64,000 bases of DNA from Candidatus Latescibacterota bacterium. GTDB lineage: Bacteria > Latescibacterota > UBA2968 > UBA8231. The stretch lies in assembly GCA_965217585.1 (NCBI GenBank), contig OZ244561.1:384001-448000 (forward strand), written 5' to 3'. Shown here in pieces: positions 8,658 through 18,178 of the stretch (positions within the stretch are counted from its first letter, which is position 1; the number at the start of each line of letters is the position of its first letter). Below the pieces are notes generated by a model. It worked only from the letters and a program-made list of their open reading frames with translations. It did not search any database and had not been told where the DNA came from. The position numbers and the translations under genes were made by a program.

Positions 8658-9578
8658 ATGGGAACTTGGATTCAACGCGCCCCCATGCCCACCCCCCGCC
8701 ACGACCTGCAGTCCATTGCCGTCAACGGCACCATCTACGCCATTTCCGGTGCCGACGATCTCACAGTCGATGTGGTCGAGATCTACGATGTGGCCAGCGA
8801 CACTTGGACCCAGGGACCGCCCATTCCCACCAAGCGGGGATGGCTGGGCGCCGCCCGCATCGGCCGCAGGATCTACGTGGCCGGCGGCAAAACCATCCGC
8901 ACGCCCGCAGAGAAAAAAGCCTACGGCCACGACTACCATTTTACTTCCCGCGACAACTTAGAGATGCTCGACTTGGATGCACAGACCTGGTCGGCCCTAG
9001 CGCCCATGCCCGGCGGACCCCGCGCCGGCCTGACCGTCACCGCCTGCCAGGGCCGAATATGGGCCATCGGCGGCAACACCATGCTCCGCGAAGACCCGCG
9101 CATCCTCGACCGCGTTGAAGTGTACGACGTCGCCACCGACACCTGGGCCCCGGGGCCGGCCCTACCCCGACCCACGCAAGGCCCCACCGTGGTAACTCAC
9201 GACGGGCTCATCTACCTGACCGGCGGCATCAGCGACGAATATCCGGAGCGGCCCTGCCGCAGCGAGACCTATGTGCTCGATCCAGCGGTGGGCCGCTGGG
9301 AAGCGCTGGCGCCGGTCCCTACCGGACGCGAATCGTCCGGCGCTTGCGTACTGGGCGATCTGCTCTACACCTTCGGCGGCAAAGATCCTCACTACTCAGC
9401 GGCCACCGAAATCTACGACATCCAAGCCGACCGCTGGTTCGTGGACGCGCCCATGCCGGTGGGCAAGGCCTGGCTGTCGGCCTGTGTGGTGGGCGAACGA
9501 CCGTTCGTCATGGGAGGAGCCCACTCGCTGGAAGTCGGGTACAAGTGGATCGACGACTTGCACGAGTTCGCGCCCTGA
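8658..9578 (+). CDS. Kelch repeat (beta-propeller) protein
   Basis: About six repeats of IYxxGG...VEVYD...W...PMP. No signal peptide. Confidence 0.9.
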   Translation: MGTWIQRAPMPTPRHDLQSIAVNGTIYAISGADDLTVDVVEIYDVASDTWTQGPPIPTKRGWLGAARIGRRIYVAGGKTIRTPAEKKAYGHDYHFTSRDNLEMLDLDAQTWSALAPMPGGPRAGLTVTACQGRIWAIGGNTMLREDPRILDRVEVYDVATDTWAPGPALPRPTQGPTVVTHDGLIYLTGGISDEYPERPCRSETYVLDPAVGRWEALAPVPTGRESSGACVLGDLLYTFGGKDPHYSAATEIYDIQADRWFVDAPMPVGKAWLSACVVGERPFVMGGAHSLEVGYKWIDDLHEFAP

Positions 9579-9655
9579 CCGTGGACCAGCGGTGAGTCCC
9601 ACAGGTCGCTCCTACGGGGCCCTGTCCCGATCGCGCCGCACCGAGGCGTCCTCGT

Positions 9656-11647
9656 ATGCGCACTTTCTTTTTTTTAGCCCTGATTACGCCCCTGCTGGTG
9701 CCGGGCTCTGGCTGGGGTCTGACCATCTATCGGATCGGTGGGTCCGATAGGGCCCCACCTCCAGAAGCAGAGCTAGCGGGAGTGGAATTCGTGTCGCTGA
9801 GCTGGGAGGAGGCGGCCCAGGGGTTCAACGGCAAGATGCAAGGACTGACGCTGGAGGAAGCGGGGATCGCGCCCGTGTTGGTCTCCCCGGATGACAACCT
9901 CGCCCTCACCGCCCCAGCTAGAGGAGGTGGCCCGGCCGGCTTTGCCATCAAACGCGGGCGGAACATCTACGGGGCGCTCGTGGCGGATAAATTGGTCGAC
10001 AAGATTGCCGACGGAGATCCAACCACTGCTTTTCGCCTCGTCGATGACGAGGGACTGGCGAGGTTCTCTTCCGCTGCACCCGGAACCTTCCTGCTCGATT
10101 TGGGATGGCGCTTTCCCATAAACAGGCTTCGCTTCTATCCCACGCCCCAGTATACGGGACGGAACGTCGAGGAGTTTGCCGTCCAGGTCGTAGAGGGCAG
10201 CTCCACCGGAGCCGTTGGATCGAGGACGGCCAACTGGCAAAAAATATTCCATTCTCTCTTCCCCGACGGCACCCGCAGCCAGAGGGTAACGGGTGCGCCG
10301 CGAGACGAGTGGACAATCGATGTAGTCGGCTCGGTGTCGCCCAATCGGCAGCAGGTCGTCGATTTTCTCTTTCCCACCCGCACTGTCGAGTATGTGGCGC
10401 TGACCGTTGCCGGGCAAGAAATGTGGGAAGTCGCCGAATTGGAAATCTACGGCGAGGGCTACGTGCCTCGGGCGTTCTACCAATCCCAAGTACTGGACTT
10501 GGGCGCGACCTCAACCTTGGGGACGCTCCGCTGGATCGGCTGCAAAGACGACGATGCCCACGTCGAAATCCGCACCCGTAGCGGCTCGGACCCGGATCCC
10601 GACCGCTACTGGCGCTTCACTGGCCGCGGCGACGAGCAGACCTTCCTCGATGATGAGGGCCAGCCCCTAACCCGCACCGCCTACCAAAGCCTGTCCTTCG
10701 GCCAAGGCCCCATCACCCCGGATCTGGACCACTGGAGCGACTGGTCGGGGGGCTACTCCTTCGCCGACAGCTTGGGGACCCCCATGACCTCGCCCGGACC
10801 GCAGCGCTTCGTGCAACTGCAGGTCGCTTTCGCCACCAAGGGCGGTCAGGCCGGGGGGCTCGAGCTAGTAGAGTTTCTCACCTCCCAGCCGCCGATAAGC
10901 GGTCCAGTGGTCGCCGAAGTCTGGCCGGTGGCAGTGGAGCCGGGCCAGATGACGAGCTTTGTCTATGCCTTGCGGCCGGAGCTGGGGCGAGAGACCAGCG
11001 GCTTCGATCAGCTAGTGCTGGAGACCTCGGGTCGGTTTGTCGGAGTGGATTCGGTGCGGATCAACCAAGAGCGGCAGGCTCTTGTGTTGGTGGAGCCGCT
11101 CCAGGACCAGCGACTGGTGGTGACCCTGCCGCGGCTGGGTCCGGCCGACAACCAGAAAGTGGTGGAACTGTTCTTTCGGGCCCAGAGTTTCCACTTTGGC
11201 ACCTGGTTCCACGGGGCGGTGTTCGACTCGGAGCGGCCCCTGGAGGTGGGGCAGCGGGTGGAGGCGGGCGATGCGCTTTTTCAGTTGGAGGGCAATCAGG
11301 TGTGGGTGGGCATCCAGCTAGGCGGTGGGCTGCTGCATCAAGTGGGGGTGGAGGCACCGGTACTCACGCCCAATGGGGACGGGGTCAACGACGTAGTGGC
11401 CGTCGAATACACCGTGCTGAAGTTGGCCCAGGCCGGGACGGTGGAGGTGACCGTTTTCGATATATCGGGGCGCCGGGTGCGGCAGCTCTACCGGGGCCGG
11501 GATCGCAGCGGCCGATATGGTCGGTTGTGGGATGGCCGAGGCGCGGACGGTCGGGTAGTAGGGCCGGGTTTGTATGTATATCGAGTGCGCGTTGCCGCCG
11601 ATCAGGGCTGGGAACAGCGCAGCGGCCTCATTCTCGTCGCGTATTAG
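9656..11647 (+). CDS. Secreted discoidin-like/FlgD-Ig domain protein, paralog 1 (LTIYRIGG type)
   Basis: Signal peptide, LTIYRIGG, DGDPTT, DLGxxFPINRLRFYP, WEVAELEIYG. C-terminal TPNGDGVND, FDISGRRVR, WDG, PGLYVY. Confidence 0.85.
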   Translation: MRTFFFLALITPLLVPGSGWGLTIYRIGGSDRAPPPEAELAGVEFVSLSWEEAAQGFNGKMQGLTLEEAGIAPVLVSPDDNLALTAPARGGGPAGFAIKRGRNIYGALVADKLVDKIADGDPTTAFRLVDDEGLARFSSAAPGTFLLDLGWRFPINRLRFYPTPQYTGRNVEEFAVQVVEGSSTGAVGSRTANWQKIFHSLFPDGTRSQRVTGAPRDEWTIDVVGSVSPNRQQVVDFLFPTRTVEYVALTVAGQEMWEVAELEIYGEGYVPRAFYQSQVLDLGATSTLGTLRWIGCKDDDAHVEIRTRSGSDPDPDRYWRFTGRGDEQTFLDDEGQPLTRTAYQSLSFGQGPITPDLDHWSDWSGGYSFADSLGTPMTSPGPQRFVQLQVAFATKGGQAGGLELVEFLTSQPPISGPVVAEVWPVAVEPGQMTSFVYALRPELGRETSGFDQLVLETSGRFVGVDSVRINQERQALVLVEPLQDQRLVVTLPRLGPADNQKVVELFFRAQSFHFGTWFHGAVFDSERPLEVGQRVEAGDALFQLEGNQVWVGIQLGGGLLHQVGVEAPVLTPNGDGVNDVVAVEYTVLKLAQAGTVEVTVFDISGRRVRQLYRGRDRSGRYGRLWDGRGADGRVVGPGLYVYRVRVAADQGWEQRSGLILVAY

Positions 11648-11760
11648 CCGCTTGAGAAATTGGCCCGACCGACGCCAAAAACCCCGTTACCACTAGCTCC
11701 TCCGCGGGGTAGATGCTAATGGTGGGCAGACAGCGTCACAACCCTCTAGACATTATTTTA

Positions 11761-11789
11761 TTGATTTGCTGTTTGAATTTCCGTATAAA
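11761..11789 (+). promoter_or_regulatory. Putative sigma70 promoter
   Basis: TTGATT (11761-11766), 17-bp spacer, TATAAA (11784-11789) in an AT-rich intergenic region. Confidence 0.5.
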
Positions 11790-11791
11790 AA

Positions 11792-11994
11792 CACACAGGG
11801 CTGCGACGACTGAGTTACTTGGATGAGTGAAACTCAAGGCTGTGTGGAAATTTCGCGAAGCCCGAAGTATAACTTACCAAATTGACGACTCTATTATTCC
11901 CAACGGGAAGCGCAGAGTCGTGGAAAGGAGGTAATGGGTAAAGAAGTTGCGAATTTAGCCTAAACCCCGCGGTCTGTTCAAACAGACTTCGGGG
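11792..11994 (+). promoter_or_regulatory. Candidate structured 5' leader or small RNA (three hairpins)
   Basis: Stems: cacacag/ctgtgtg with inner tgagtt/aactca (11792-11846); acgactct/agagtcgt with inner ttccc/gggaa (11885-11921); ccccg-gtctgtt/aacagac-cgggg (11965-11994). Confidence 0.35.
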
Positions 11995-12060
11995 AATGGA
12001 TGAAAAGAGGTGGGGAGGTTGTTTGTGTTTCGCTATTCATCATTGAGAAAGGAAAAAACA

Positions 12061-12948
12061 ATGGCACGCCATATCATGGTCGCTACTCTAGCGTTCACCC
12101 TGATCGCGGGAGGTAGCGTATCCGCACATTCCCCCGAAGACGAAATCTTTAGCGCCTTCCAGTGGCCCCCCGGTCTCGAGCCCGTAATGGACGGAGTTGG
12201 CAATGAGTACGGTATCATTCCCGACCCCTACTGGCAGACCACGGAACAATTTCCCGACACCCAAGGAGGCAGGGATATTGACCCGTCGAATTTCGACGCC
12301 AAGGCCACGATAACCTATAGTCTCGGCACCAACTTGATCTACGCGTACAGCGAGGTGTTCGACGACATCAGCATACCGCCCGACACCTGGCAGTTCATGA
12401 TTGATGCCGACCACAGCGGTGGCGATTGCTATCCCGACACCGACGACAATGCTCGTTGGCACGCCTCCGCTTGCCAGCAGTACGAGGTCTACAACCACAT
12501 TCCCGGCGAGGAGGGAGACGATCCCGTCCACTTCTTCTGGGGGACCGCCACCTGGCTGCCCGAGGAGGGCTGGTACAACATAACATGCACCTTTGACGGC
12601 GAGAAAGACGGTGCGGGCACGGTCTACAGGGAAGTGCAGTTTATGCCCCTCGACGACCTCAACTCTCCTGCTGGACCAGGGGAGTCCGTCACCCACACCC
12701 TAGCTGAGGGCGAGATCATAGGGCTCGGGTACAACTGGATGGACTACGACGAAGTGGGCCGCGAGGTTCAGGGGGGCGGCTGGCAGGCCTTCTACAACCT
12801 GAGCCAGCACGACCGGATGTACCGCAGCGGCGACGGTGCCTGCGACTTCTTCCTGGCACCCGTGGATGAGACGGTCGACTTCAGCGCGATGCCCACCGCG
12901 GTCGAAGCCACGACCTGGGGCCGGATAAAGACCGGATTCGTCCAGTAG
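12061..12948 (+). CDS. Secreted acidic protein (DOMON/CBM9-like fold suspected) with a C-terminal TAVEATTWGRIK motif
   Basis: AAGGA RBS, signal peptide ending VSA-H, IDADHSGG, GEIIGL, and C-terminal PTAVEATTWGRIKTGFVQ. Confidence 0.8.
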   Translation: MARHIMVATLAFTLIAGGSVSAHSPEDEIFSAFQWPPGLEPVMDGVGNEYGIIPDPYWQTTEQFPDTQGGRDIDPSNFDAKATITYSLGTNLIYAYSEVFDDISIPPDTWQFMIDADHSGGDCYPDTDDNARWHASACQQYEVYNHIPGEEGDDPVHFFWGTATWLPEEGWYNITCTFDGEKDGAGTVYREVQFMPLDDLNSPAGPGESVTHTLAEGEIIGLGYNWMDYDEVGREVQGGGWQAFYNLSQHDRMYRSGDGACDFFLAPVDETVDFSAMPTAVEATTWGRIKTGFVQ

Positions 12949-12984
12949 AGTCATCCTTCACGCCCGAGGAGATAGCCATTTTCT

Positions 12985-13018
12985 GCCGCCTAGCACATAT
13001 CCCAATGTGCTAGGCGGC
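12985..13018 (+). terminator. Perfect 14-bp stem-loop downstream of the 12061-12948 gene
   Basis: gccgcctagcacat-atccca-atgtgctaggcggc. There is no strong + strand U-tract, so it may be a stabilising hairpin rather than a terminator. Confidence 0.6.
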
Positions 13019-13044
13019 CTCCTATAAGCTGAAGAGTTTCACGG

Positions 13045-14994
13045 ATGCGGCTGCCACACTCAATCCTCTTGGCGACACTGATCCCATCCCTGGCTTGGGG
13101 GCTCACCATATATCGCATCGGCGGCAATCCGGATTACGACCATCCGCTGGTAGACAGTACGGGGGTAGAGATCGTCAAGCTGACTTGGGAGGAGTTCGCC
13201 CAAGATCCCAAGCTGGAGGCGTGGGGAGTGCGCGCCAGCCAAGAGGGAAAACTCGTGCCTGTATTCGTCAATCCAGACGAGAATCTGTCCCTCGGCGCTA
13301 TCGAGAGGGGTGAGGGCAAAAAATTCTATCCCGAACAGAGATTTGGGTCGTCGGATGGCGCGGGGCCCCGGGGCCACAAGTACGGGACGATTGCCAAAAA
13401 CGATTTCACCAACTGGACCGTGGACGGCGATCCAGCCACCTATATGTGGCCGTCTGATCTGCTCACCGACCGACTGAACCCCAAGCTCGTCATGTTCCTC
13501 GGCGCTACTTTTCCAGTGAATCGGGTTGTGGTCTATCCCCGTCCAGATCATCCCGAGCGCTACGTCGAGGACTATACCCTGTACGCGTGGCGCAAGGGCC
13601 AAGTCATGGGGCTGCACCGCAATTCGGGCGACGGACAAATATTGGCGCGGGGCCGAGAAAATCGAGATCCCGTCATTGACATGAGGTTTCCCACCATGAT
13701 CGTCGATCGGCTCATGTTCAATATCGACAACTTCGACGAGCCGTACATGGCGAACCGAATATGGGAAATAGCCGAGTTCGAAATATACGGCGAGGGCTAC
13801 GTGCCCAAGGGATTGTACATTTCCAAGGCCCTTGAACTGGACGCCGTGTCCAGTCTGGGCGGAATCCGCTTTTTCGGCTCCAAGGACCGCGACGCCAAGT
13901 TGCGGATTCGCACCCGCAGCGGCAGCGACGAAGACCCCGACCGCTACTGGCGCCTCACCGGTCGCGGCGACGAAAAGAGTTTTCTCAAGGACAACGGTCA
14001 GCCGCTGACACTCTCGGATTACAATAACCTGCAGGGCGGCAAGGGCGGCATCACCACGGACTTGGACAACTGGAGCTTCTGGTCGGGACCCTACGATCTC
14101 GCCGACAGTCTGGGGGCCCCAATTACCTCCCCGAGTCCGCGGAAGTTTTTCCAGCTGCAGGTCGAATTCTTGCCCCAAGGTCTGGACGGAGCCGGAGTGG
14201 ATTTTATCGAGTTTCACATCACGCAACCGCCGGTGGCTGGACGCGTGATCGGAGAAATTTGGCCCACCGAGGTGGCACCAGGCCAAGAGACCCCCTTCGT
14301 CTATGCCATGCTGCCGACCTTTTCCGGAGGCGAGGGCGGGTTTGATCGGATCGTGCTGGAGACGACCGGACAGTTCACCGGCGTGGATTCAGTCCGCATC
14401 AACGAGGAGCGGTTGGAAGATCTAGAATGGGGATTACTCGCACCGCTCGAAGACCAGCGGCTAGTGCTGTCACTGCCGCGGATAGACCGGACCAAGAGCG
14501 GCAGACTAGTGGAGGTCTTCTTTCAGGGACGGGCATTCCGCTTCGGCACAATATTCTCCGGGCAGGTTTTCGACGATCAACGGCCTCTCGAAGTAGGGCA
14601 GTTCGTCGAGGACGGAGATGCGACCTTCCGACTGGACAGCAACCAACGCTCCGTGGGCATTGCGCTGAACGGCAATATCGTCAGCAAGGTGGTAGCGAAT
14701 CCGCGGGTGGTGACACCCAATGACGACGGGGTCAACGACCAAGTGCGCATCGAGTACACGTTGCTGGAACTGGCGGGCGTCGGAGAGGTGAAAGTGAGTA
14801 TATTCGATCTGGCGGGCCACCAAGTACGCCAAGTTTACCAGGGAGAGGACAGCAGCGGCCGACACGCGCAACTATGGGACGGGCTGGACGAAGACGATCA
14901 GGTAGTGGCGCCTGGGATATATCTGTATCGGGTGCAAGTAGACACGGATGCGGGACAGGAAGAGCGCAATGGTCTGGTTGCGGTAGTTTTTTAG
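13045..14994 (+). CDS. Secreted discoidin-like/FlgD-Ig domain protein, paralog 2
   Basis: LTIYRIGG, DGDPAT, FPVNRV, WEIAEFEIYG, TPNDDGVND, WDG...PGIYLY. Confidence 0.85.
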   Translation: MRLPHSILLATLIPSLAWGLTIYRIGGNPDYDHPLVDSTGVEIVKLTWEEFAQDPKLEAWGVRASQEGKLVPVFVNPDENLSLGAIERGEGKKFYPEQRFGSSDGAGPRGHKYGTIAKNDFTNWTVDGDPATYMWPSDLLTDRLNPKLVMFLGATFPVNRVVVYPRPDHPERYVEDYTLYAWRKGQVMGLHRNSGDGQILARGRENRDPVIDMRFPTMIVDRLMFNIDNFDEPYMANRIWEIAEFEIYGEGYVPKGLYISKALELDAVSSLGGIRFFGSKDRDAKLRIRTRSGSDEDPDRYWRLTGRGDEKSFLKDNGQPLTLSDYNNLQGGKGGITTDLDNWSFWSGPYDLADSLGAPITSPSPRKFFQLQVEFLPQGLDGAGVDFIEFHITQPPVAGRVIGEIWPTEVAPGQETPFVYAMLPTFSGGEGGFDRIVLETTGQFTGVDSVRINEERLEDLEWGLLAPLEDQRLVLSLPRIDRTKSGRLVEVFFQGRAFRFGTIFSGQVFDDQRPLEVGQFVEDGDATFRLDSNQRSVGIALNGNIVSKVVANPRVVTPNDDGVNDQVRIEYTLLELAGVGEVKVSIFDLAGHQVRQVYQGEDSSGRHAQLWDGLDEDDQVVAPGIYLYRVQVDTDAGQEERNGLVAVVF

Positions 14995-15132
14995 AGCCTC
15001 TACCTCTGGTACATTTTTGCTTTTTTGCGCAGATCTGCTACCGGCACTCCACTCCCTCTTCTATTCGCGCCTATCGCTAACCAGCCGCGCCCAAAGCAAA
15101 ACCTATACGGATTTCTCTGAGGGAGGGTACAA

Positions 15133-15999
15133 ATGGACAATTTTCATCTCAGATGGTGGGGCTGCGGTGCGTTCGACGTCCTCCTCGACGACGTCAACAT
15201 CGCCTTCGATCCCTATCTATTCGGCGAAAATCTCGCCAGGGCCGAACCCCTTTACGACTATATTTTCATAAGCCACGAGCACTTCGACCACTGCCATCCC
15301 AAAACCCTGCGCAAGCTCTGTCAAGGCGATCGCTTTAAGAAGCTCTTCGTCCCCATTGGCTGCTTGACTCCCAACGAGCCCATTGACGAGAATTACGGCG
15401 ATGCGGCCTTCGCCCGCGATCTGCCCATCACCAAGCACATCCCGGCGGACCTGGTACAAGTGGCCTATCCCCATCCCAGGTACATGGTGGACGACAAACG
15501 CAGCTTTCCCGGTCCCTTTGAATTCGACTTGGGGCCGATCCACGTGGAGGTGATCGAAAGCGGAGAAAGCGCCCGACCCGACCTCCCCACCTGCGGTTAT
15601 CTAGTCACGCACGCGGAAAAGGATCTCTCCTTTTACCACACCGGCGATTTGGGCTCTGTATTCCCGGCGTTGGAAAAACTGAAGGGACGGGTGGACTACC
15701 TCATCCACATGAAGACGCCCCTCGGCAAACTAGTCGACTGTGTCGAGCCCAAATTCGTCGTTCCCACGCACTACCGCACCGACCGCGAGACCGAGCCCAT
15801 TCCCGCGGGGCACTGGCCGCCCAATCTGACTGATGTCAACGCCTTTCTCGAAGACTTGAGAGAACAAGTCGCCGGCCGAGCCAAACTCCTTCCCTTTACC
15901 GCCCCCATTCTATATGAAGTAGAAATGCCGCAAAAAAAAGTAAAGTGGCAGTGGCAGTGGTCCAATTCTTGGACCGTTCCCCTATGGCGGGAAGGCTAA
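15133..15999 (+). CDS. MBL-fold metallo-hydrolase
   Basis: SHEHFDH metal motif, FDPY, YHTGD and PTHY. Confidence 0.88.
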   Translation: MDNFHLRWWGCGAFDVLLDDVNIAFDPYLFGENLARAEPLYDYIFISHEHFDHCHPKTLRKLCQGDRFKKLFVPIGCLTPNEPIDENYGDAAFARDLPITKHIPADLVQVAYPHPRYMVDDKRSFPGPFEFDLGPIHVEVIESGESARPDLPTCGYLVTHAEKDLSFYHTGDLGSVFPALEKLKGRVDYLIHMKTPLGKLVDCVEPKFVVPTHYRTDRETEPIPAGHWPPNLTDVNAFLEDLREQVAGRAKLLPFTAPILYEVEMPQKKVKWQWQWSNSWTVPLWREG

Positions 16000-16011
16000 A
16001 GAGGCCGCTGG

Positions 16012-18117
16012 ATGAAGATTTGTTTCTTCCTCGCGGTTGCGCTTTCGTGGTCGGCTGCCCTGGCACAGACCATCACCGTTGGCCAAGGTCCGCGCCAGTG
16101 GCAGGACGGAGGCGGAGGGCTTGACCCGCAGTTCCCCGTATCGACCACCGAACTCGCCACCGGCAACACCCCGGGCGGCGTCATCGATTTCGCGTTCGAA
16201 TCCGGGTGGATCTTCCTGGAGCAGATCGATCCCGGCAGGAATCTGGCTTTGGGTGCGGAGGACAGAGGGGGGGGAATGAACTCTCCCCTGCCCTCGATCT
16301 CCGATAAAGCGCTGGAGGCCATGATAGACGGCAAGCCGGAAACCGCTTTTCGCCGCAAGGCTACGACGGCCGGAGAGTTAGTCATCGCCCGCGGCATCAT
16401 CATGGATTTGGATCTGGGCGCGCGCTTTGGCGTCAACCGGATCCGGTTCTTTCCGCGCAACACAGTGCGCGAGGCCCGGGAGTTCAAGTTCGAAAACGAC
16501 TTCATGCGAGGCTACTCCCTGGCCCTGAACGACGGCAGCGAGGAGACCTCTGTAGAGGGCCGACCTCAGTACCTCAATCTCATAAGGGTGGAGGACAATA
16601 TCGAAGCGGTCGTCGATCTGGAAATCCCGCTCCAGTACGTGCGCTTTATCCGGCTGAAGTCGGAGTCGAATATCGGTTTCGAGGTCGACGAAATCGAGAC
16701 CTACGGCTCTGGTTTCGTGCCCGAAGCCCAGTACCTGTCCGACATCTTCGACCTGGAGGATCTGGCCATCTGGGGCAACCTGCGCTGGGCCGAGCGCCGC
16801 GAAGGTGTACCCGGGCTTTCGGCTATCCGCGTTTTCACGCGCTCGGGCCGGGACGAAACGCCCTACGTCTTCAACCGGCTGAACGCCAATCAGCTAGGCG
16901 TGCCTTGGAAGGCGGATGCCGAAGTCGACGAAATCCTCCTGGACGCCCTGCCCGTTGACGAGGCTTTTGACCTGTTCAATTCCCAGCCCCAAGCGACTAG
17001 GCAAAACCTCATTCTCTCCCAAGCCGACTACGAAGGTCTAGCAGACCAGCAAAAAGCACCCTTGAGAGACGACGTGATCAACTGGAGCACTTGGTCTCCC
17101 CCCTATCCGGCAGAGGGGCGGAGTGCGGTGGGGACCCCCATCATCTCGCCTGGACCGCGGCGCTACTTCCAGTTCAGAATCGACTTTGCCAGCCGCGACC
17201 TGAGTTCGGGCAGCGGCGTTGATTCCCTGTCCTTCGACTTTGCCAGCCCAGTGCCGGCCGAGCGCATCGTCGGCGAAATTTTTCCCAGGGATGTGCCGGC
17301 CGGAGAGGTGGTGGAATTCACCTATGGAATCTGGGCCGGTCTCCGGCCGCAGGACACTAGCTTCAATCGCTTTGAGATAGCCACGCCGAGCATACTCGAA
17401 GAGATCGGCCGGATAGAGCTGCGCGATGCGCAGGACAATCTCATCCAAGGAGAGGATCTCGCGGTCCTACTTAGCGAGATACAGCCCCCCTTTATCAAGG
17501 GCGATTTCAGTATCGAGAGCACGGCGGACGGCCGCGTCGTCGTCGGTTTTCCGGAATTGACCAACGGCGATCTGCTCAAGATCACCTTCAAAACCTCGGT
17601 CCTGAGATTTGGGCAGACCTTTGCCGGCCGCGCCTGGCTCGCGGACCCGGCGAGCCAAGAAGGTGCCCAGCTACCTCAGCAAGTCGTGCCGGGCAACGCC
17701 GCCCAGCTAGCGCCAGATGATGTGGATCCGCGCCCGGTGGGCAGCGAAGATCTGACCTTGGTGGATAATAGCCTCTCGGTGCGCACGGCCATAGAGGGTT
17801 CGCTGCTCGGCCAGATCCGGGCAGTACCCCCAACCTTCACGCCCAACGGGGACGGGGTCAATGATACCACGGTTATCCACTACGACGTGCTGCGGCTGGG
17901 CGTGGCCGCCCCGCTGAGGGTAGAGATCTATGACCTGAGCGGCCGCTCAATCGCCGCCTTCGCCGGCGACCGGGCGAGCGGCCGCTTCTCGAGTTCGTGG
18001 GACGGGATCGATTCGAACGGCAACGCAGTGCCGCCCGGCATCTATCTATTCCGCGTTTTCCTCGACACCAATGCAGGCTCTGACGCAAAGACCGGGGTCG
18101 TTGGGGTGGTGTACTGA
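16012..18117 (+). CDS. Secreted discoidin-like/FlgD-Ig domain protein, paralog 3 (divergent subtype)
   Basis: Signal peptide ALA-Q, DGKPET, DLGARFGVNRIRFFP, SPGPRRYFQ, TPNGDGVND, PPGIYLF. Confidence 0.85.
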   Translation: MKICFFLAVALSWSAALAQTITVGQGPRQWQDGGGGLDPQFPVSTTELATGNTPGGVIDFAFESGWIFLEQIDPGRNLALGAEDRGGGMNSPLPSISDKALEAMIDGKPETAFRRKATTAGELVIARGIIMDLDLGARFGVNRIRFFPRNTVREAREFKFENDFMRGYSLALNDGSEETSVEGRPQYLNLIRVEDNIEAVVDLEIPLQYVRFIRLKSESNIGFEVDEIETYGSGFVPEAQYLSDIFDLEDLAIWGNLRWAERREGVPGLSAIRVFTRSGRDETPYVFNRLNANQLGVPWKADAEVDEILLDALPVDEAFDLFNSQPQATRQNLILSQADYEGLADQQKAPLRDDVINWSTWSPPYPAEGRSAVGTPIISPGPRRYFQFRIDFASRDLSSGSGVDSLSFDFASPVPAERIVGEIFPRDVPAGEVVEFTYGIWAGLRPQDTSFNRFEIATPSILEEIGRIELRDAQDNLIQGEDLAVLLSEIQPPFIKGDFSIESTADGRVVVGFPELTNGDLLKITFKTSVLRFGQTFAGRAWLADPASQEGAQLPQQVVPGNAAQLAPDDVDPRPVGSEDLTLVDNSLSVRTAIEGSLLGQIRAVPPTFTPNGDGVNDTTVIHYDVLRLGVAAPLRVEIYDLSGRSIAAFAGDRASGRFSSSWDGIDSNGNAVPPGIYLFRVFLDTNAGSDAKTGVVGVVY

Positions 18118-18178
18118 AATTTTCGGGTGCGCTCCACGCAGATCACTGACAAAGGCAATACCTGTGGAGGGATTCTCT

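Noticed and set aside
11934-11963. Leader peptide MGKEVANLA behind AAGGAGGT
   Set aside because: The SD-ATG spacing is only 1-2 nt and there is no regulatory codon run. Kept only as part of the leader observation.
18071-18178. Upstream extension of barrel paralog A overlapping paralog 3
   Set aside because: ATG 18179 has a GGAGG RBS, begins a clean signal peptide and matches the start of paralog B.
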